Source: Spirochaetaceae bacterium
Lineage (GTDB): Bacteria > Spirochaetota > Spirochaetia > Treponematales > Breznakiellaceae
Direction of reading: 5' to 3'
Assembly: GCA_031278935.1 (NCBI GenBank)
Contig: JAITJK010000003.1
Coordinates: forward strand, 1-39,405
DNA: 39,405 nucleotides
Positions 1 through 7,973 of the stretch are shown piece by piece. Within the stretch, counting starts at the first letter, position 1, and each line of letters starts with the position of its first letter. Below the pieces are notes generated by a model. It saw only the letters and a list, made by a program, of their open reading frames with translations. It made no database searches and was not told where the DNA came from. The position numbers were made by a program, and so were the translations under genes.

Positions 1-202
1 TTTGTGATAGACAAGACTAGCATATAGAATGTATAAAAAACTATCAAGACCCCAACCATCATGGCTAAAAAGGGGTGTATTGCCGTTCTTATAGGCTATT
101 AGAATAAGGAATTAGGAAAAAAAGGAGGAGATTAGGGAGGAAATACGGAAAGGGGCCGACGTTCCCGGGCGCGAGCCCCTCCCTTGAGCTTATTAGGGGA
201 GC

Positions 203-541
203 TTATTCCTGCTTTGGGCGAATATAATGCACCACCCCTTCCCTACGGAGAGGCGCGGTGGGGGAGGGTGTTTTTTTGTACCCCAGGGCGATACTGCTAA
301 AGGGTGCATACCCTGCGGGTAATCCAAGTCCCGCGATAATTTTTTTGCCCGTCTCGCTTTGGGTGATAACCGACGCGGCGCTGATCCAGCAGGAACCAAT
401 AGCAAGGGCTTCTGCAGCCAGCATGATATTCTGGGCCGCCACCGCACAGTCAAACTGCGGCGCGATAGATTGTATCTCACCAGAAATAATAATCACCGTA
501 GGAGCGTGAAAAAACGAGTGAAACGATTCATTCTCCCCCAA
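203..541 (-). pseudogene. Nitroreductase-family fragment: only the C-terminal ~100 aa, with the N-terminal FMN-binding part missing
   Basis: The translation HAPTVIIISGE..AAQNIMLAAEALAIGSCWISA..LGLPAGYAPFSSIALGYKK matches the C-terminal two thirds of small nitroreductases. The listed start is a TTG. The open frame upstream of it, back to a TAG at 716-718, has no RRSxR/QPW N-terminal motifs. Confidence 0.55.
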
Positions 542-831
542 GTTCCGGTGATGCCGACACTGAGGAAAGGCTTTGTCGCACTTGCCTGCACGGTGTGAAT
601 ACCCACCGGCAGCGCCAGGGGTAGAAGAAGTATTTGGGCCGTACCTAGATGGCAGACCTCCTTGCCTATGGTCATCTCTTTTGATCCCTGGGCGACCAGC
701 AACACCGCCGACGGGCTAAAGGTTTTAACACAAACCCTACCGCCTTTTGAAAATCTTCCAAACCGGCAAGGCAAGACCTGGTTTTCAAAATCACCGTCAT
801 AAGGCGTATGGGTGCGAATATGTTCGGCCAA
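493..831 (-). pseudogene. AraC-family regulator remnant: N-terminal ligand-binding (AraC_N-like) part only, with no HTH domain
   Basis: The pattern SPSAVLLVAQGSKEMTIGKEV..LLLPLALPVGIHTVQASATKPFLSVGI resembles the AraC_N domain (..QG.K....G......lPv....v..AS...P.L). The ORF stops after ~110 aa and overlaps the nitroreductase fragment in another frame. Confidence 0.4.
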
Positions 832-1136
832 ACGCCCTTCCCTTGACCGGTAAACATACCCGGTATGCCGGAAGTTCCGGGTTGGTGCGCGTCAACTGTT
901 CCCCGTCCGGGCGTAAGCAATAACAAAGATTTATGGTCAAAACCCGCCCTTAGGTCATCCCTGATGAGGGTGCAGAGGACGCATAGACAATCTCTTGATC
1001 TATACCCCTAGGTTACCGTAAAAAGTGCCGGGTCGCCATGTCCGGTTTCAAGGTCGCTCGCGTCATTGCCAGGAGCGAAGGGCAAAGTAATCCATGGGAA
1101 CTCACCCCTCTGGTTATAGTCCTGGCGATGCATGGC

Positions 1137-1166
1137 TTGACTTTTTGAGAGATCCTAAAGTATATT
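1137..1166 (+). promoter_or_regulatory. Sigma70-like promoter for the tRNA gene
   Basis: TTGACT (1137-1142), an 18-nt spacer, then TATATT (1161-1166). The tRNA 5' end lies 11 nt downstream. Confidence 0.55.
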
Positions 1167-1176
1167 ATAATCCTTC

Positions 1177-1250
1177 GGGCCTTTAGCTCAGTTGGTTAGA
1201 GCTGCGGACTCATAATCCGTAGGTCCCTGGTTCAAGTCCAGGAAGGCCCA
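1177..1250 (+). tRNA. tRNA with anticodon CAT: elongator Met or lysidine-type Ile2; CCA is not encoded
   Basis: The cloverleaf folds by hand: acceptor GGGCCTT/AAGGCCC, D arm GCTC/GAGC, anticodon arm GCGGA-CTCATAA-TCCGT, T arm CCTGG-TTCAAGT-CCAGG, 74 nt in total. It lacks initiator features. Its T arm resembles E. coli ileX as I remember it. Confidence 0.9.
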
Positions 1251-1253
1251 AAA

Positions 1254-1284
1254 AGAAGCCCCCCGTCCTGGGGGGTTTCTTTTT
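1254..1284. terminator. Bidirectional intrinsic terminator shared by the tRNA (+) and argH (-)
   Basis: AGAAGCCCCCC-gtcct-GGGGGGTTTCT forms an 11-bp stem with one G.U pair. A-runs lie 5' and T-runs 3', so each strand reads a hairpin followed by a U-tract. Confidence 0.8.
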
Positions 1285-1299
1285 GGTGGGGTGGGGGGG

Positions 1300-2718
1300 C
1301 TAAGGGCTCACCTTGGCCCGTAACGTCCCTATCTGTCGGCGTACGGCTTCAGGAGCGGGGCCACCGAGGCCTTTTCGCGCTGCTACACAGGCCGCAGGGG
1401 TAAGGGCCTTAAAAATATCTTCTTCAAAAAGCGGCGAGCGCTCTTTCAGTTCTTCCAAGGTCCGCTCGCTTATACTCCCCTGGCCCTGAGCAAGGCAATC
1501 CCGTACAATCAACGCTGCGGTCTCATGGGCGGTGCGGAAAGGAAGACCCTTCTGCACCAGGTATTCCGCCGCGTCAGTGGCTTCCAAAAAACCGCCCACG
1601 AGAGCCCCAGCCATGCGCTCTTGATTAAAGACCGCAGTACACATCATCCCCCGGAATATACCCAGGCACCAGCGGACCGTATCGAGACTGTCAAACAGGG
1701 CCTCCTTGTCTTCTTGCAGGTCCTTGTTATAGGCGTAAGGGATTCCTTTCATCATGGTAAGCAGGCATACCAGGTTTCCCGTGGTCCGTCCGGCCTTACC
1801 TCGGATGAGTTCCGCAAAGTCTGGGTTCTTTTTCTGGGGCATAATCGAGGAGCCCGTGCTCCAAGCATCGGCGAGGCTGATAAACTTAAATTCCTCGCTG
1901 GCCCAGAGGACCAGATCCTCACAAAACCGGGAAAGATGGGTCATGGTGATAGCCGCCGCCCCGGCAAGCTCCAACGCAAAGTCCCGGTCCGCCACGGAAT
2001 CCATAGCATTCAGGGTCGGCGCGGAAAAACGCAGGGCCCGGGCGGTGGCCTCCCGGTCTAAAGGCAGCCCCGAACCGGCCAAGGCCCCGGCGCCTAGGGG
2101 ACACTCGTCCAACCGCTCTAGGGCATCGGTAAAACGCCCCAAATCCCGCTCTAAGCCCGTACACCACGCCGTTAAGTGATAGCCCAGGGTAACCGGCTGG
2201 GCCCGCTGTAGGTGCGTATAACCGGGCATAAGGGTCTCGACATGGGTTTCCGCCTGATCTAACAGCGAGAGTATGGTCTCCTTGAGTACCCCGCAGATTT
2301 TAGGAATCTCCTCTTTCAGATAAAGTCGCAGATCCGTCGCCACCTGGTCGTTCCGACTGCGGCCTGCGTGAACCATCCGACCCGTATCCCCCAGGCGCTG
2401 GGTTAGAAGACCCTCAATAAAGGAATGGACGTCCTCGGCCCCTGGATCAATAGGCAGAGTACCCGCTTCCAACTCCAAGGCGATCCGGGCGAGTTCCGCA
2501 TCCAAGGCCGCAACATGATCTCCTGAAAGGATGCCCTGGTTCCCCAGCATGAGCACATGGGCGCGGCTACCTTGAATATCCTGTAAAGCGAGCCGCTTAT
2601 CTACCATAATGGAAGATTGGAACTCAAAGGCCGGGGCTTCGGGTTTTTCCACCAGCCGGCCTGCCCACAACACGGACGCGCCCGGCAAAGGGGTATGCTC
2701 GTCCATTGGTTTACTCAC
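1300..2718 (-). CDS. argH: Argininosuccinate lyase
   Basis: The 472-aa product carries the fumarate-lyase signature [12 protein letters not shown] and is collinear with ArgH. The GTG start overlaps the argG stop (GTGA); an alternative ATG lies at 2706. Confidence 0.95.
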   Translation of the reverse strand: MSKPMDEHTPLPGASVLWAGRLVEKPEAPAFEFQSSIMVDKRLALQDIQGSRAHVLMLGNQGILSGDHVAALDAELARIALELEAGTLPIDPGAEDVHSFIEGLLTQRLGDTGRMVHAGRSRNDQVATDLRLYLKEEIPKICGVLKETILSLLDQAETHVETLMPGYTHLQRAQPVTLGYHLTAWCTGLERDLGRFTDALERLDECPLGAGALAGSGLPLDREATARALRFSAPTLNAMDSVADRDFALELAGAAAITMTHLSRFCEDLVLWASEEFKFISLADAWSTGSSIMPQKKNPDFAELIRGKAGRTTGNLVCLLTMMKGIPYAYNKDLQEDKEALFDSLDTVRWCLGIFRGMMCTAVFNQERMAGALVGGFLEATDAAEYLVQKGLPFRTAHETAALIVRDCLAQGQGSISERTLEELKERSPLFEEDIFKALTPAACVAARKGLGGPAPEAVRRQIGTLRAKVSP

Positions 2719-3992
2719 CCCGCAGTCCCGGCGGATTTGGGATCCCTTTGCACCGGCGGATTCCCGCGTTGCGGGAGTTCTCCCTGGGTAGGGGCCTGTT
2801 CCATAAGAGAACGGACCAAAACCGGCAGCCCGTAAAGCCGGATGAACCCTCGGGCGTCAGCGTGGTTGTACAGTTCCCCGGTGGTAAAACTGGCAATGAT
2901 CGGATTGTAGAGGGAATACGGGGAACGCACCCCTGCGGGGGAAATGGAACCCTTGTACAGCTTCAGCCGTACCGTACCGGTAACGGTTTTCTGGGTGGTA
3001 TCCACAAAGGCGCTTAAAGCTTCCCTCAAAGGGGTATACCAGAGGCCGCCATAGATCAATTCTCCCAGCTTAAGCCCCACCTGCTGTTTGAAAGCATAGG
3101 TCTGGCGGTCCAGGCAGATATGCTCCAGTTCCTGGTGGGCGTAGTAGAGAATACTACCTCCCGGGGTCTCGTATACGCCTCGGCTCTTCATACCCACCAC
3201 CCGGTTTTCTACCAGATCCGCCAGGCCCACGCCATGAGCGCCGCCCAGCTTATTGAGGGTCTGAATCAGCTCCACCGGGGGAGTTTTTTTACCGTTCAAG
3301 CCCACAGGGATACCCTGCTCAAAAGCTATTTCCACGTAAACCGCCTGATCCGGCGCTTTTTCAGGGGGTACGGTCATCTTGAGCATCCGCTCTAGGGAAG
3401 GTTCCGTAGCCGGGTCTTCCAGTTCCAGGCCCTCGTGGGAAATATGCCAGAGGTTATCATCCCGGCTATAGGCGTCCTGTTTTTTCATGGGTACCGGGAT
3501 ATGGCGTTTTTCCAGGTACTCGATCTCTTCTTCTCGGCTCCGCAATTCCCAAGTCCGCCAGGGGGCAATAATCTCCAAATCCGGGGCAAAGGCCATGATC
3601 CCCAGGTCAAAGCGGACCTGGTCGTTGCCTTTGCCCGTAGCGCCGTGGGAAATGGCCACCGCCCCTTCTTTCCGGGCATACTCGACGAGGACCTTGGCAA
3701 TCAGGGGCCGGGCCGTAGAGGTGCCTAAGAGGTACTTATCTTCATAACACGCGTGGGCTTTAAGGGCGGGCCATACATAGTTTTCCACATATTCCTGTTT
3801 TACATCCGCCACAAAGCAAGAAAGGGCCCCGGTATCCAGGGCCTGCTTGGTAATCCGGTCCCAGTCCGCTTCCTGGCCCACATCTACGCAGACCGCTACA
3901 ATATCACAATCGTAGTTTTCCTTGAGCCAAGGAATGATCACGGTAGTATCTAAACCGCCTGAATAGGCGAGGACGATTTTCTTTTTCGGCAT
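2715..3992 (-). CDS. argG: Argininosuccinate synthase
   Basis: The 425-aa product starts [18 protein letters not shown] (ATP-binding motif) and contains [15 protein letters not shown]. It lies directly upstream of argH. Confidence 0.95.
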   Translation of the reverse strand: MPKKKIVLAYSGGLDTTVIIPWLKENYDCDIVAVCVDVGQEADWDRITKQALDTGALSCFVADVKQEYVENYVWPALKAHACYEDKYLLGTSTARPLIAKVLVEYARKEGAVAISHGATGKGNDQVRFDLGIMAFAPDLEIIAPWRTWELRSREEEIEYLEKRHIPVPMKKQDAYSRDDNLWHISHEGLELEDPATEPSLERMLKMTVPPEKAPDQAVYVEIAFEQGIPVGLNGKKTPPVELIQTLNKLGGAHGVGLADLVENRVVGMKSRGVYETPGGSILYYAHQELEHICLDRQTYAFKQQVGLKLGELIYGGLWYTPLREALSAFVDTTQKTVTGTVRLKLYKGSISPAGVRSPYSLYNPIIASFTTGELYNHADARGFIRLYGLPVLVRSLMEQAPTQGELPQRGNPPVQRDPKSAGTAG

Positions 3993-4157
3993 TTTTTATG
4001 CTGACTCCATATTGAAGGTGTTTGAAACCCCAGGGTTTCAGGTGGTTCTTATGGTAGCATAAAACCCTGGGATGTTCTATTAGGCCGCACCAGGGCCACC
4101 CAACCAGTGAAGGAACGCCGTAGAGCGCACGTTTTTTTAACATGACTTCAATAAGGT

Positions 4158-4174
4158 CTGGGGTCTGACCCCAG
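4158..4174. repeat. Copy of the GGGGTC(A/T)GACCCC palindrome (CTGGGGTCTGACCCCAG)
   Basis: A 17-nt palindrome, perfect except for the central base, lies 2 nt downstream of the stop of the 4176..6257 ORF. Confidence 0.8.
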
Positions 4175-4175
4175 T

Positions 4176-6257
4176 TTAGGACCCTATATGCTCGAAATAG
4201 GCGTCATAGGCGGCCTTGGCGTCGTAGGCGGCTTGTTCCGCCTCCTCAAGTCGGCTCTGTAGCTGGTCAATGGCCGCATCTTGAGCCAGCAGCCGATTAA
4301 GGTATTCCTGTCCCGGGGGAGTCTGATTTCCCACAGCCTCGAGGTTGCGCCGAATCCGGTCCTGTTCGGCTATCAGCCGATCCCGCTGAGTGTTGAGCAG
4401 ACCCAGCGCCTGCTCCGCAGCCTCTGCGGCGCGTTTCAACTGAATCCCCTGCTGTAAGGCGGAACGCACATCCTCAGGAATGGCGTCGTTTTGGCTATAC
4501 CCTATCAATGCAGGAAGACTCTGGTCCGTTAAGGCAATCTCTTCCACCAATACCTGCTCTTCCTGTATGGTCTGTGCCGTTTCTTGGGCTGCGGGGAGGA
4601 GCAACGCAAAACGGTACAAGGTATCTGTACGGGTGTCAAAGGAGGCCGGTTCGGTAAGGACCGTGTTCCCGGTAATAGGGTGTTCCAGAATAAGCTCTCT
4701 GGCCATGGGCGAGGCGTTTTTCCAGGTGTAATGGGTTTCGTGGAGCAGCTTCCGGCTCATCTGCATAATCCCCTGATGCACCGTAACCGTGCTGATGCTT
4801 TGGGAAGAGCGCCGGCTCACATAGCCCGTAACGCCAAGCTCGTCCCCATAGGCGATAAGCTGCCGTTCCTGTTCCGGGAAAAAGGCGAATAAGCCGTCTC
4901 CCCCGTAGAGGCCACCGTCATAGACCGTAACCGGGCCCGGAGGCAGCGGCATCCCGGTGGTATTGGTGAGCTCCAGCCCCAGGGCGGGATGGGCCGCGCC
5001 TCCTCCAAGGGCTTTGGCCCCAGAGAAGATCAGGGTCTTACGGGCCTCCACCGAAGTATCCACCAAGGGCAGCATGGCGCTTTGCTGCCGGGCCAGGCTC
5101 ACCGGCTGGGGCAAGGTAAAGGCAAACTGTTCCCCCCGGACCTCCCCGGAGGGTGTTTCCAAGGTGCTTCTTGCCAGGTTTCGGTTGAGGGCAGGCCCCT
5201 GGGCTGCTTCCCGCACCCGTTCCTTGCGTAGAGCCTGAGGGCTCGCCTGGGCGACCTCCGATTGAGGGACTTCTTCGGCGTATCCGGCTCCCGACCAGCC
5301 TGAGTCATAGGTCTGAGCCGGAGCAATGCCGGGGATGCTCAAAGGCAGGACCGGACGAGGAAGATGGTAGGGGGCATAGAGGTTTTGGATGAATGAAACC
5401 GGCCGCCCGCTTACCAGGGAAAGCCCTAACCCCTTCCAGTCTGTGTCGCCCACATTATCCACAATGGCCCAGCCCTGGAGGAGAGACGTATCCGCCGAGA
5501 GGTCCAGCCGGTAGGATGCCTTCCATACGGACGCGGGAATCACATAGCTCAAGGAAACCTCCCGACTCCCTTCCCCGGGCAGTTGGATTTGGATGTTTCG
5601 GGTATCCCGGTTCCGGGAGTCCCGGATAAGGTCCAGAGCCTGGGTAAGGTCGGCGTTTATCTTGGGGTCAGAGAAGGCAAAATTGCGTACTTCCTTAAGA
5701 GGGATCGCCTGAATCCCCTGATCCGTATAGAGGGCGAGATAAGGATCTTCCACGCTGCCCTGGGTCTCCCCTACCCGGTATTCCACACCGAGGATCCGCC
5801 CTTGTATCGAAAGGGGAGCATAGACCTGGATGTCCGTCCCCTTCAGACTGTCCAGGATGGCGGGGATACCGGCATACCGGGAAAGGTCGATCCGCAGGCC
5901 TTTCAATGTCCGAGGCAGGGTTTGTTCCGAAGGATATACCACCTGAGGGCTGGAAGCCGGATCTTCAATGAAAAGGGATTTCAAGGCATCGTTCATTTCC
6001 TCGGCCTTGAAGGGGAGGCTAATCATCACAGCGCCGGAAACCTGCCCCTGGTGTTCAAAGAAGCCGAGGCCAGAAGAGAAGAGGGTAAGCCGCTTCAGGG
6101 GCAGAGTTTCCGGGGCCAGGGGCGATTCACGCTGTTCCTCAGGGGGCGTATCCGGTTCCGTCTGGTCATAAGCCGCCTGGGGGGCGAGGCTTGGGCTGCT
6201 CACCAGGAGTCCTAAAAACATCCACCAGAGGCGGGTAAATCGTCTTAATTGATACAC
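4176..6257 (-). CDS. Secreted DUF4139-like (MuiA-like) protein with a C-terminal coiled coil
   Basis: The 693-aa product has an N-terminal signal peptide (WWMFLGLLVSSPSLAP). The segment WKASYRLDL...GWAIVDNVGDTDWKGLGLSLVSGRP is typical of DUF4139 as I recall it. GTG start with AAGGA 8 nt upstream. Confidence 0.55.
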   Translation of the reverse strand: MYQLRRFTRLWWMFLGLLVSSPSLAPQAAYDQTEPDTPPEEQRESPLAPETLPLKRLTLFSSGLGFFEHQGQVSGAVMISLPFKAEEMNDALKSLFIEDPASSPQVVYPSEQTLPRTLKGLRIDLSRYAGIPAILDSLKGTDIQVYAPLSIQGRILGVEYRVGETQGSVEDPYLALYTDQGIQAIPLKEVRNFAFSDPKINADLTQALDLIRDSRNRDTRNIQIQLPGEGSREVSLSYVIPASVWKASYRLDLSADTSLLQGWAIVDNVGDTDWKGLGLSLVSGRPVSFIQNLYAPYHLPRPVLPLSIPGIAPAQTYDSGWSGAGYAEEVPQSEVAQASPQALRKERVREAAQGPALNRNLARSTLETPSGEVRGEQFAFTLPQPVSLARQQSAMLPLVDTSVEARKTLIFSGAKALGGGAAHPALGLELTNTTGMPLPPGPVTVYDGGLYGGDGLFAFFPEQERQLIAYGDELGVTGYVSRRSSQSISTVTVHQGIMQMSRKLLHETHYTWKNASPMARELILEHPITGNTVLTEPASFDTRTDTLYRFALLLPAAQETAQTIQEEQVLVEEIALTDQSLPALIGYSQNDAIPEDVRSALQQGIQLKRAAEAAEQALGLLNTQRDRLIAEQDRIRRNLEAVGNQTPPGQEYLNRLLAQDAAIDQLQSRLEEAEQAAYDAKAAYDAYFEHIGS

Positions 6258-6311
6258 GGCATATTCCTTTACACAAAAGTACGGTCATTATATCCTAAAT
6301 CATCATGAGTT

Positions 6312-6371
6312 CCACCTACCGCCATCTGCCCAGCTAGGCAAAGGGGGTCAGACCCCTTCCAGCGCCGGTGG
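6312..6371 (-). repeat. Composite repeat, left flank of ORF 6348..7055: GGCAGATGGCGGTAGGTGG module plus the GGGGTCAGACCCC palindrome
   Basis: By hand alignment it is ~85% identical over ~55 nt to 7089..7141 in direct orientation. It overlaps the last 8 codons and the stop of ORF 6348..7055. Confidence 0.8.
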
Positions 6372-7055
6372 CCAAATCCGGGGGCTCGGATGCGGCGGGC
6401 TTACCCGTACATCTTCCCCAGAAGGCTCTACCACATAAAATCCTCGCTCTAGGGCGTACTTCCGTTCCCCAGGCCCTACTACCGTCGCCGCTAGTGCGCC
6501 AAACAGATCCCGCCCATCGCCATGCTGGTCCGCATACCTGCGTAGCGTTTCCATACGCCTAAGGTGCCCATCCACGTCCGCCTTGTGTAGTCTCGCCTTA
6601 ACCTCAACCGCCATAGTCTGAGTACGGTTTTCAAGAAAAGCATCTACCTCGGCCAAGAGATGGTCTTGTGGGTCCTTTATTTTCCGGTTACGGTTTATTA
6701 CGGTGAAATGGAAACCGAAGAGCTTAAGTTTTTCTGGGAGACCGGGGATGAGGGTGTGTTCGGCTTCATCGCCGAACTTGTTACCCAGGTCGCCGACGAT
6801 TCGCGAAGTTTCTTTGACGGTTTCCTTGAGGTCCTGTATGGCTTTTTCAGTTTCAGCGTGGACTTTTTGGGTTTCTTTTATGGCAGCCTGAATTTCTGCA
6901 TTGTTTTTTTGCAACTCTGCATTGTTTTTTTGTAGTTCTATAAAGCCGGCCCATACATCGTCTAGGCTTACTTTTTTTGCTGGTTTCCGGGCATAGCCCC
7001 GGGGGCTTTTGCTTGATAGGGTTCTTGCGGTAGACATAAGGCGTTCCTCCTTCAC
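6348..7055 (-). CDS. Hypothetical protein: N-terminal coiled coil plus a C-terminal PD-(D/E)XK-like (DUF3782-like) domain
   Basis: The 235-aa product has heptad-rich AELQKNNAELQKNNAEIQAAIKETQK... followed by AEVDAFLENRTQTMAVEVKARL, a D..E.K arrangement typical of restriction-endonuclease-like folds. Family assignment is from memory only. Confidence 0.45.
   Translation of the reverse strand: MKEERLMSTARTLSSKSPRGYARKPAKKVSLDDVWAGFIELQKNNAELQKNNAEIQAAIKETQKVHAETEKAIQDLKETVKETSRIVGDLGNKFGDEAEHTLIPGLPEKLKLFGFHFTVINRNRKIKDPQDHLLAEVDAFLENRTQTMAVEVKARLHKADVDGHLRRMETLRRYADQHGDGRDLFGALAATVVGPGERKYALERGFYVVEPSGEDVRVSPPHPSPRIWPPALEGV
6896..6937. repeat. Tandem 21-nt duplication inside ORF 6348..7055
   Basis: The units ctgcattgtttttttgcaact and ctgcattgtttttttgtagtt encode the duplicated heptad AELQKNN on the minus strand. 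Confidence 0.9.
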
Positions 7056-7088
7056 AATGGTCTAGTAGTTCACCGGGAACACTATACA

Positions 7089-7141
7089 CCACCTGCCGCC
7101 ATCTGCCCAGCTAAGTAAAAGGGGTCAAACCTTGGCGGTGG
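7089..7141 (-). repeat. Composite repeat, right flank of ORF 6348..7055
   Basis: CCACCTGCCGCCATCTGCCCAGCTAAGTAAAAGGGGTCAAACCTTGGCGGTGG is a direct repeat of 6312..6371, with a degenerate palindrome at 7121..7131. Confidence 0.8.
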
Positions 7142-7235
7142 ACGACCCCCAGCGAGGCTGTGGCCCTTCCGCTTAGGTAGTATACCTACAACGTGAGGAC
7201 GCCCGTGAGATGGAGGAACCAAGTGTGTACCCGTA

Positions 7236-7278
7236 CCCCTAACCACACGGCACCCTAATACGCCTTCATGGCAGGTGG
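7236..7278 (+). repeat. Full-length copy of the ~40-nt intergenic repeat
   Basis: The sequence CCCCTAACCACACGGCACCCTAATACGCCTTCATGGCAGGTGG aligns with the copies at 36101, 30580 and 23674. Confidence 0.85.
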
Positions 7279-7316
7279 TTCCCTGGGAAAACCCCTTGTA
7301 GTATGCTGGACTTATT

Positions 7317-7802
7317 ATGCCTAGAGAACTACCTATATCACCAGACCCGGAAAACCTCCAGGGCTTGGAAATCCATGACGCCAAGGATGTGCTGATCCAG
7401 TATCTCACTAGCTTAAAACTAACGGAAAAACAATACGCCGAACTGGGGGAGCTACTGGTAAAATGGACCGCCCGAATAGACCTGGCCCGATCCAAAGGTG
7501 CGGCAGCCTTGGCCGCAGAAGCGGAACAAGAAGCAGAACGGATAAGGCGCAAGTATCAGGCCCTGGAAGCGGAAATCGCCGACCTTAAAGCCCACATTGC
7601 CCGCCTGCGCGCCGAGCTCCCCGGCCTAGCCGCCCGGGAGCGCACCGTCGATCCGGATCTGCTAGAGCAAGAGCTTCTTATAGCGGCGGGGCGAATGCCC
7701 GGGGAAGACCCTCAGGCGGATCGAGCCCTCAAGACCATGGAACAGGATACCACGGCAGAGGCCGCCCTCAAGGCATTGAAAGCAAAGATGAACCAGCCCT
7801 AA
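7317..7802 (+). CDS. Hypothetical coiled-coil protein
   Basis: The 161-aa product is charged and Ala/Glu/Leu-rich with heptads (AEAEQEAERIRRKYQALEAEIADLKAHIARLRAEL). It is preferred over the overlapping antisense ORF 7082..7552, which is Ser/Ala-rich and reads through repeats. No clear Shine-Dalgarno sequence. Confidence 0.5.
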   Translation: MPRELPISPDPENLQGLEIHDAKDVLIQYLTSLKLTEKQYAELGELLVKWTARIDLARSKGAAALAAEAEQEAERIRRKYQALEAEIADLKAHIARLRAELPGLAARERTVDPDLLEQELLIAAGRMPGEDPQADRALKTMEQDTTAEAALKALKAKMNQP

Positions 7803-7851
7803 CCGTTTGCCGATCCCTCCGTTGGCCCACTGCCACCGTACTCTGGCCTGT

Positions 7852-7921
7852 CTCCCTAAGCACATAACACGCTAATACGCCTCCACGGTAGGTGGTCATG
7901 ACAGATGGCCTGGGTAAGTGG
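7852..7921 (+). repeat. Intergenic repeat copy with three phased GGYARRTGG sub-repeats
   Basis: CTCCCTAAGCAC..GCTAATACGCCTCCAC is followed by GGTAGGTGG (7887), GACAGATGG (7900) and GGTAAGTGG (7913), spaced at exactly 13 nt. Confidence 0.85.
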
Positions 7922-7973
7922 TTGACTATTTGGGGGCTTGGGTCAAAAATGAGCTATACGTAAAGAAAAGAAG

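Noticed and set aside
1-200. The AT-rich left edge with purine-rich runs (aaaaaaaggaggagattagggagg)
   Set aside because: No ORF follows within the window and nothing else is interpretable. It may belong to a feature lying outside the window.
926-1136. A ~210-nt non-coding stretch upstream of the tRNA, checked for an ncRNA or integrase remnant
   Set aside because: Only short local hairpins are present (for example TCGCTC/GAGCGA at ~1057-1081). There is no recognisable RNA family, att-like duplication of the tRNA 3' end, or integrase ORF.
5583-6215. A 210-aa plus-strand ORF
   Set aside because: It is entirely antisense to the DUF4139-like CDS, has no recognisable domain and shows shadow-ORF composition.
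7270-7278. GGCAGGTGG as a Chi-like recombination hotspot (E. coli Chi is GCTGGTGG) or a KOPS-like polar motif
   Set aside because: The resemblance is to one 8-mer only. Here the motif is always embedded in a longer repeat and confined to intergenic DNA, whereas Chi and KOPS motifs are scattered through coding sequence. The 7-of-10 plus-strand bias is too weak to support polarity without the whole genome.
7082-7552. A 156-aa minus-strand ORF overlapping the start of 7317..7802
   Set aside because: It is low-complexity and Ser/Ala-rich, and it runs straight through two repeat copies (7089..7141 and 7236..7278). The plus-strand coiled-coil ORF is the better coding candidate, although neither is certain.
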